From: Camelus dromedarius
Lineage: Eukaryota
Length of the DNA: 64,000 nucleotides
Direction of reading: 5' to 3'
Assembly (NCBI RefSeq): GCF_036321535.1
Contig: NC_087436.1
Location: 2,852,001-2,916,000 of the forward strand
Positions within the stretch are counted from its first letter, which is position 1. Every line of letters starts with the position of its first letter. The notes under the pieces were generated by a model. That model saw nothing but the letters and a program-made list of their open reading frames with translations, was not told the origin of the DNA and made no database searches. This document shows positions 62,901-64,000 of this stretch, one piece after another. Both the position numbers and the translations under genes were made by a program.

Positions 62901-64000
62901 CTCTCAGAACTGAGCATGTGGAGAGACGTTCATTCATCTAGCACAAATGGAACGGGTTGAAAGAAAAACTTTTACTCTGGTTTCTCAGTCTGTTTCCTAG
63001 TGCCGGTTTGAAGTTCCTGCAGTTTTCACTGTAAAACCGAGTTGGAGCTAGTACCTACCCACATATATGTATGGATTGGTGTTTGCAAGTGAAAAGAAAC
63101 TTTGTGTTCCCAACAAGCTAGTTGAAGGCGGCTTTCACACACAATTATCTCTCAGAACTGAGCATGTGGAGAGACGTTCGTTCATCTAGCACAAAGGGAA
63201 CGGGTTGCAGGAGAAACTTTTACTCTGGTTTCTCAGTCTGTTTCCTAGTGCCGGGATGAAGTTCCTGAATTTTTCACTGTAAAACCGAATTGGAGCTAGT
63301 ACCTCCCCATATATATGTATGGAGTGGGGTTTGCTACTGAAAAGAAACTTTGTGTTCCCAAAAGAAACGTGAAGGACGGCTTTCACACACACTTATCTCT
63401 CAGAACTGAGCATGTGGAGAGACGTTCGTTCATCTAGCACAAACGGAACGGGTTGCAGTAGAAACTTTTTCTCTGGTTTCTCAGTCTGTTTCCTAGTGCC
63501 GGTTTGAAGTTCCTGCAGTTTTCACTGTAAAACCGAGTTGGAGCTAGTACCTCCCCATATATACGTATGGAATGGGGTTTGCAAGTGAAAAGAAACTTTG
63601 TGTTCCCAACAAGCTAGCTGAAGGAAGGCTTTCACACACAATAATCTCTCAGAACTGAGCATGTGGAGAGACGTTCGTTCATCTAGCGCAAAGGGAACGG
63701 GTTGCAGGAGAAACTTTTACTCTGGTTTCTCAGTCTGTTTCCTAGTACCTTTTGAAGTTCCTGTAGTTTTCACTGTAAAACCGATTTGGAGCTAGTACCT
63801 CCCCATATATATGTATGGAGTGGAGTTTGCAAGTGAAAAGAAACTGTGTGTTCCCAACAAGCTAGTTGAAGGCGGCTTTCACACACAATTATCTCTCAAA
63901 ATTGAGCACGTGGAGAGACGTTCATTCATCTAGCACAAATGGAACGGGTTGAAGGAGAAACTTTTACTCTGGATTCTCAGTCTGTTTCCTAGTGCCGGTT

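Larger units (their letters stand above)
1..64000. repeat. Tandem satellite DNA array, ~248-249 bp monomer, ~257 copies, single orientation; probably centromeric or pericentromeric
   Basis: The same unit recurs without interruption from base 1 to 64000 (e.g. AAGCTAG at 1 and 250). ORF-track homologues recur at near-multiples of 248-249 (offsets 746, 1241, 2241, 2483, 4720). The centromeric location is inferred from monomer size and HOR organisation only. Confidence 0.99.

Noticed and set aside
322..63392. About 90 short ORFs (60-120 aa) on both strands with recurring peptides such as HSIHIYGEVLAPTRFYSENCRNFKPALGNRLRNQSKSFSCNPF
   Set aside because: They are translations of the satellite monomer. 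Because 249 is divisible by 3, frames recur. They are bounded by the same recurring stops, broken by frameshifts in most copies, and resemble no protein family I recognise.
1..64000. CRISPR array or other repeat-spacer system
   Set aside because: There are no unique spacers; the entire 249 bp unit is homologous between copies, and no cas or other genes are present.

Overview
The whole 64 kb window is one head-to-tail tandem satellite DNA array of about 257 copies of a ~248-249 bp monomer (period read directly: AAGCTAG starts at 1 and at 250). All copies lie in one orientation, and I saw no transposon insertion or inversion. Approximate consensus: AAGCTAGGTGAAGGACGGCTTTCACACACACTTATCTCTCAGAACTGAGCATGTGGAGAGACGTTCGTTCATCTAGCACAAAGGGAACGGGTTGCAGGAGAAACTTTTACTCTGGTTTCTCAGTCTGTTTCCTAGTGCCGGTTTGAAGTTCCTGCAGTTTTCACTGTAAAACCGAGTTGGAGCTAGTACCTCCCCATATATATGTATGGAGTGGAGTTTGCAAGTGAAAAGAAACTTTGTGTTCCCAAC. 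It looks like eukaryotic (peri)centromeric satellite, possibly mammalian, but I cannot assign the family or species. All listed ORFs are by-products of the repeat, and I find no genes, RNA genes or CRISPR array. The interesting signal is architectural: a patchwork of local higher-order repeats (HORs) and block duplications at offsets of 2, 3, 5, 6, 9, 10, 15 and 19 monomers, including a near-identical 10-mer HOR patch at 28-39 kb; a subfamily boundary near 27.5 kb; a candidate gene-conversion tract; a possible ancient ~125 bp dimer origin of the monomer; colinear word similarity to primate alpha satellite without an intact CENP-B box; several conserved dyad symmetries; and an apparent C>A/G>T substitution bias. 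Block boundaries were read by eye and are approximate.
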